The notes under the pieces were generated by a model that saw only the letters and a list, made by a program, of their open reading frames with translations, had not been told where the DNA came from and searched no databases. Positions 61,288-64,000 of a DNA stretch of 64,000 bases are shown piece after piece. The stretch is from Veleropilina oligotropha (lineage: Eukaryota): the NCBI GenBank assembly GCA_048128005.1, contig JBEUKZ010000054.1, positions 744,001 through 808,000 on the forward strand, written 5' to 3'. A program made the position numbers and the translations under genes. Each line of letters starts with the position of its first letter. The stretch's first letter is position 1.

Positions 61288-63010
61288 TTATAATCCCCCG
61301 CAGCAAGCGAAGCTTGGACTATAGTATTCGGCTCCGTCCTTCCGGGCATCCGTCCGTCTGAGCTTGTTAGCGCGATATCTCAAGACTGAATGAACAGATT
61401 TCATTTATATTTGGTGGATAGATACCTTTGAGGATTCCGCTGACACCAGTCGTGACCTTGACCTCATTTTCAAGGTCACATGGTGCACTTGACAATTTTG
61501 CTCATTAAATTGTTGTTAGCGCGATATCTCAAGACAGAATGAACCGATTTCATTTATATTTGGTGGATAGATGCCTTTGGAGATTCTGCCGACACCAGTC
61601 GATTATGGTGATCTTGACCTCATTTTCAAGGTCACAGGGTGCACTTCACTATTTCGCTCATTCAATTGTTGTTAGCGCGATATCTAAAGACTGATAGAAC
61701 CGATTTCATTTATATTTGGTGGATAGATACCTTTGGGGATTCCACCAATATCAGTCGATTATGGTGACCTTGACCTCATTTCCAAGGTCGCAGGGTGCAC
61801 TTGACTATTTCGCTCATTCAATTGTTGTTAGCGTGATATCTCAAGACTGAATGAACCGATTTCATTTATATTTGGAGGATAGATACCTTTGGGGATTCTG
61901 TCAACACCAGTCGATTATGGTGACCTTGAGCACGTTTTCAAGATCACAGGTTACAGTGTACTCTTTTGCACAATCAATTGTTAGCGCGATATCTCAAGAC
62001 AGAATGAACCGATTTCATTTATATTTGGTGGATAGATACCTTTGGGCATACCGCCAACACCAGTCGATTGTGGTGACCTTGACCTCATTGTCAAGGTCAC
62101 AGGGTGCACTTGACCATTTCCGTCATTCAATTGTTGTTAGCATGATATCTCAAGACAGAGTGAACCAAGTTCATTTATATTTGGTGGATGGATACCTTTG
62201 GGGATACCGCCGACACCAGTAGATTATGGTGACCTTGACCACGTTTTCAAGGTCACAGGGTACAGTGTACTCTTTTGCTCAATCAATTGTTGTTAGCGCG
62301 ATATCTCAAGACAGAATGAACCGATTTCATTTAAATGTGGTGAATAGGTACCTTTTGGGATACCACTGACACCAGTCAATTGTGGAGACCTTGACCTCAT
62401 TTTCAAGGTCACAGGGTGCGCTTGACTATTTTGCTCATTCAATTGTTATTACATGTAGCGTGATATCTCAAGACAGAATGAACCATTTTCCTTTATATTA
62501 GGTCGATGGATGCATTGGGGGATACCGCCGACCCCAGTCGATTATGGTCACCTTCACCTCACTACAATTTTGCTCATTCAGTTGTTGTTAGCACGATATC
62601 TCGAGACAGAATAAACCGATTTAATTTATATTTGGAGGATAGATGCATTTGGGAATAGCGCCGACCCCAGACGATTATGGTGACATTGACCTCTTATTCA
62701 AGGTCACAGGTTTTTTTTATCGTGATATCTCGAAGCGAAATTAACCGAATTCATTTATATGTGGTGGATAGATGCATTGAGGGATACTGCCGACCCCAGT
62801 CCATTATGGTGAGCTTGACCTCATTTTCAAGGTCACAGGATGCATTTTACTCTTTTGCTCATTGACAGTTGTTGTTAGCGTGATATCTCAATAGATCCCA
62901 TTTCGCCTGTCACAGGATGCTCGTTACTGATACATTCATTTTGGCATCATAGATGTGCTCAATAACATAAGCGGGGGACTATTGCCACTTTAGTGGCAAA
63001 CACTTTTTGT
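61288..63010. mobile_element. Helentron/HINE-like element with ~160-bp internal tandem array
   Basis: Subterminal inverted repeat cccccgc/gcggggg, ccgt microsatellite, tandem gtgaccttgacctcattttcaaggtcac units, and 3' hairpin ttgccactttagtggcaa followed by a T-run. Confidence 0.75.
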
Positions 63011-63359
63011 TAGTTGAAATCTTGTTTAACTGAACGCAAATGAAAAGACAAACAGAAATATGTTTGGTATGCAAACACCGTTATCGATGTCATTCGGTCG
63101 CTGTCAAGATGAGCGATAATGCATGAACACACCCGCCTTATTGGTTTGAAATCGTTGCTATAATGTTACCGATACATAAATGCCATATTATATATATTAT
63201 AGTTCTGTCGATAATCTAAGAGCACGTATGACCTTTAAATTAATCATCTTGCAAAATTCCACACATCAAAAGTCCTTTTACAGTAAATCACAAATGTTTT
63301 TATGACTTTAATAAATGATAATTAATCAATATGGATTAGTGGCCACTCTGACAGTGGTG

Positions 63360-63593
63360 TGACCGTCCTCGATAGCTCAACTGGTTAGAGCGTCGGAAAA
63401 ACGTTATGTGGGACGGTAGGATGTGGGTTCAAGCTCGCTCCGGCCTGGGTTATTCTAAGGCATACAACTAATAGATGGCATATCCCTAATGTATGTCGGT
63501 CAGATCGGAGTGAGACCTTAAACCGGGTGTCCCGACCACGTTAAGGCTGAAAAATTGCCGAAGGGGTCGTAAAACAAAGTTCTCAACTCAACT
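63360..63593 (+). mobile_element. tRNA-derived SINE (family A) inserted into the head of a family-B SINE
   Basis: A and B boxes present; tgacagtggtgt is duplicated on both sides. Confidence 0.8.
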
Positions 63594-64000
63594 GACAGTG
63601 GTGTGGTTTCGGTTGCAGACTCTGAAATGACTGGCTTGATTCCGCTGACACCTCTAGTAGTGGGTTTGAATCTCAGTTGGGACATTGGCATTATTTGTTC
63701 ATGTATGCAGAACTTTATGAATCACAGTTGTCTGTTATTGGTCTGAGAGGGCAGGTTTCCCGGGCGACCGAGCTTTCCTTCCACGATAATATGGACATAT
63801 GGTCATAGCTGCTTTGAACTCGATGGTTGTGAATACAGACCTGTCAACATTAGAAAATGCCAAAGAGGGAGATTTCTTCGGCGACACTATATATACACAT
63901 AAATATATTGTGCGTTCGACATCTTAGCCTCGATTACCAGTATTATAATTCAATTTTGTAGCCTAACTATTTATTTTTCTGTTGTTTGTCAACATGATTT

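Overview
AT-rich, repeat-dense animal genomic DNA, probably invertebrate and possibly molluscan (inferred from the repeat types). The centrepiece is an apparently complete, GC-richer endogenous DNA virus of the Polinton/Maverick/Polinton-like type at 16371-33126 (16,756 bp). It has 270-bp terminal inverted repeats starting AGCAGCAG and a 5-bp AGCTT target-site duplication. It encodes a retroviral-type integrase, a double-jelly-roll major capsid protein, a penton, and an A32/FtsK-like packaging ATPase. Unlike a canonical Polinton, it has no separate protein-primed PolB and no adenain protease that I can recognise. Instead a ~1294-aa protein fuses HeH-like, OTU-like protease, divergent PolB, SF1 helicase and HNH domains. 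It also carries several membrane proteins (one with adjacent PSAP and LYPxL ESCRT late-domain motifs), a secreted Cys-rich protein, and a heat-shock-element-like repeat array in front of a TATA box. Five phase-compatible minus-strand host exons (12733 to 662) encode the N-terminus of a CCPG1/PBXIP1-like protein. The rest is minisatellites, Helentron/HINE-like arrays, MITEs, tRNA-derived SINEs, and decayed LINE, Gypsy and Academ-like fragments. All family calls come from reading motifs by eye; no database search was run.
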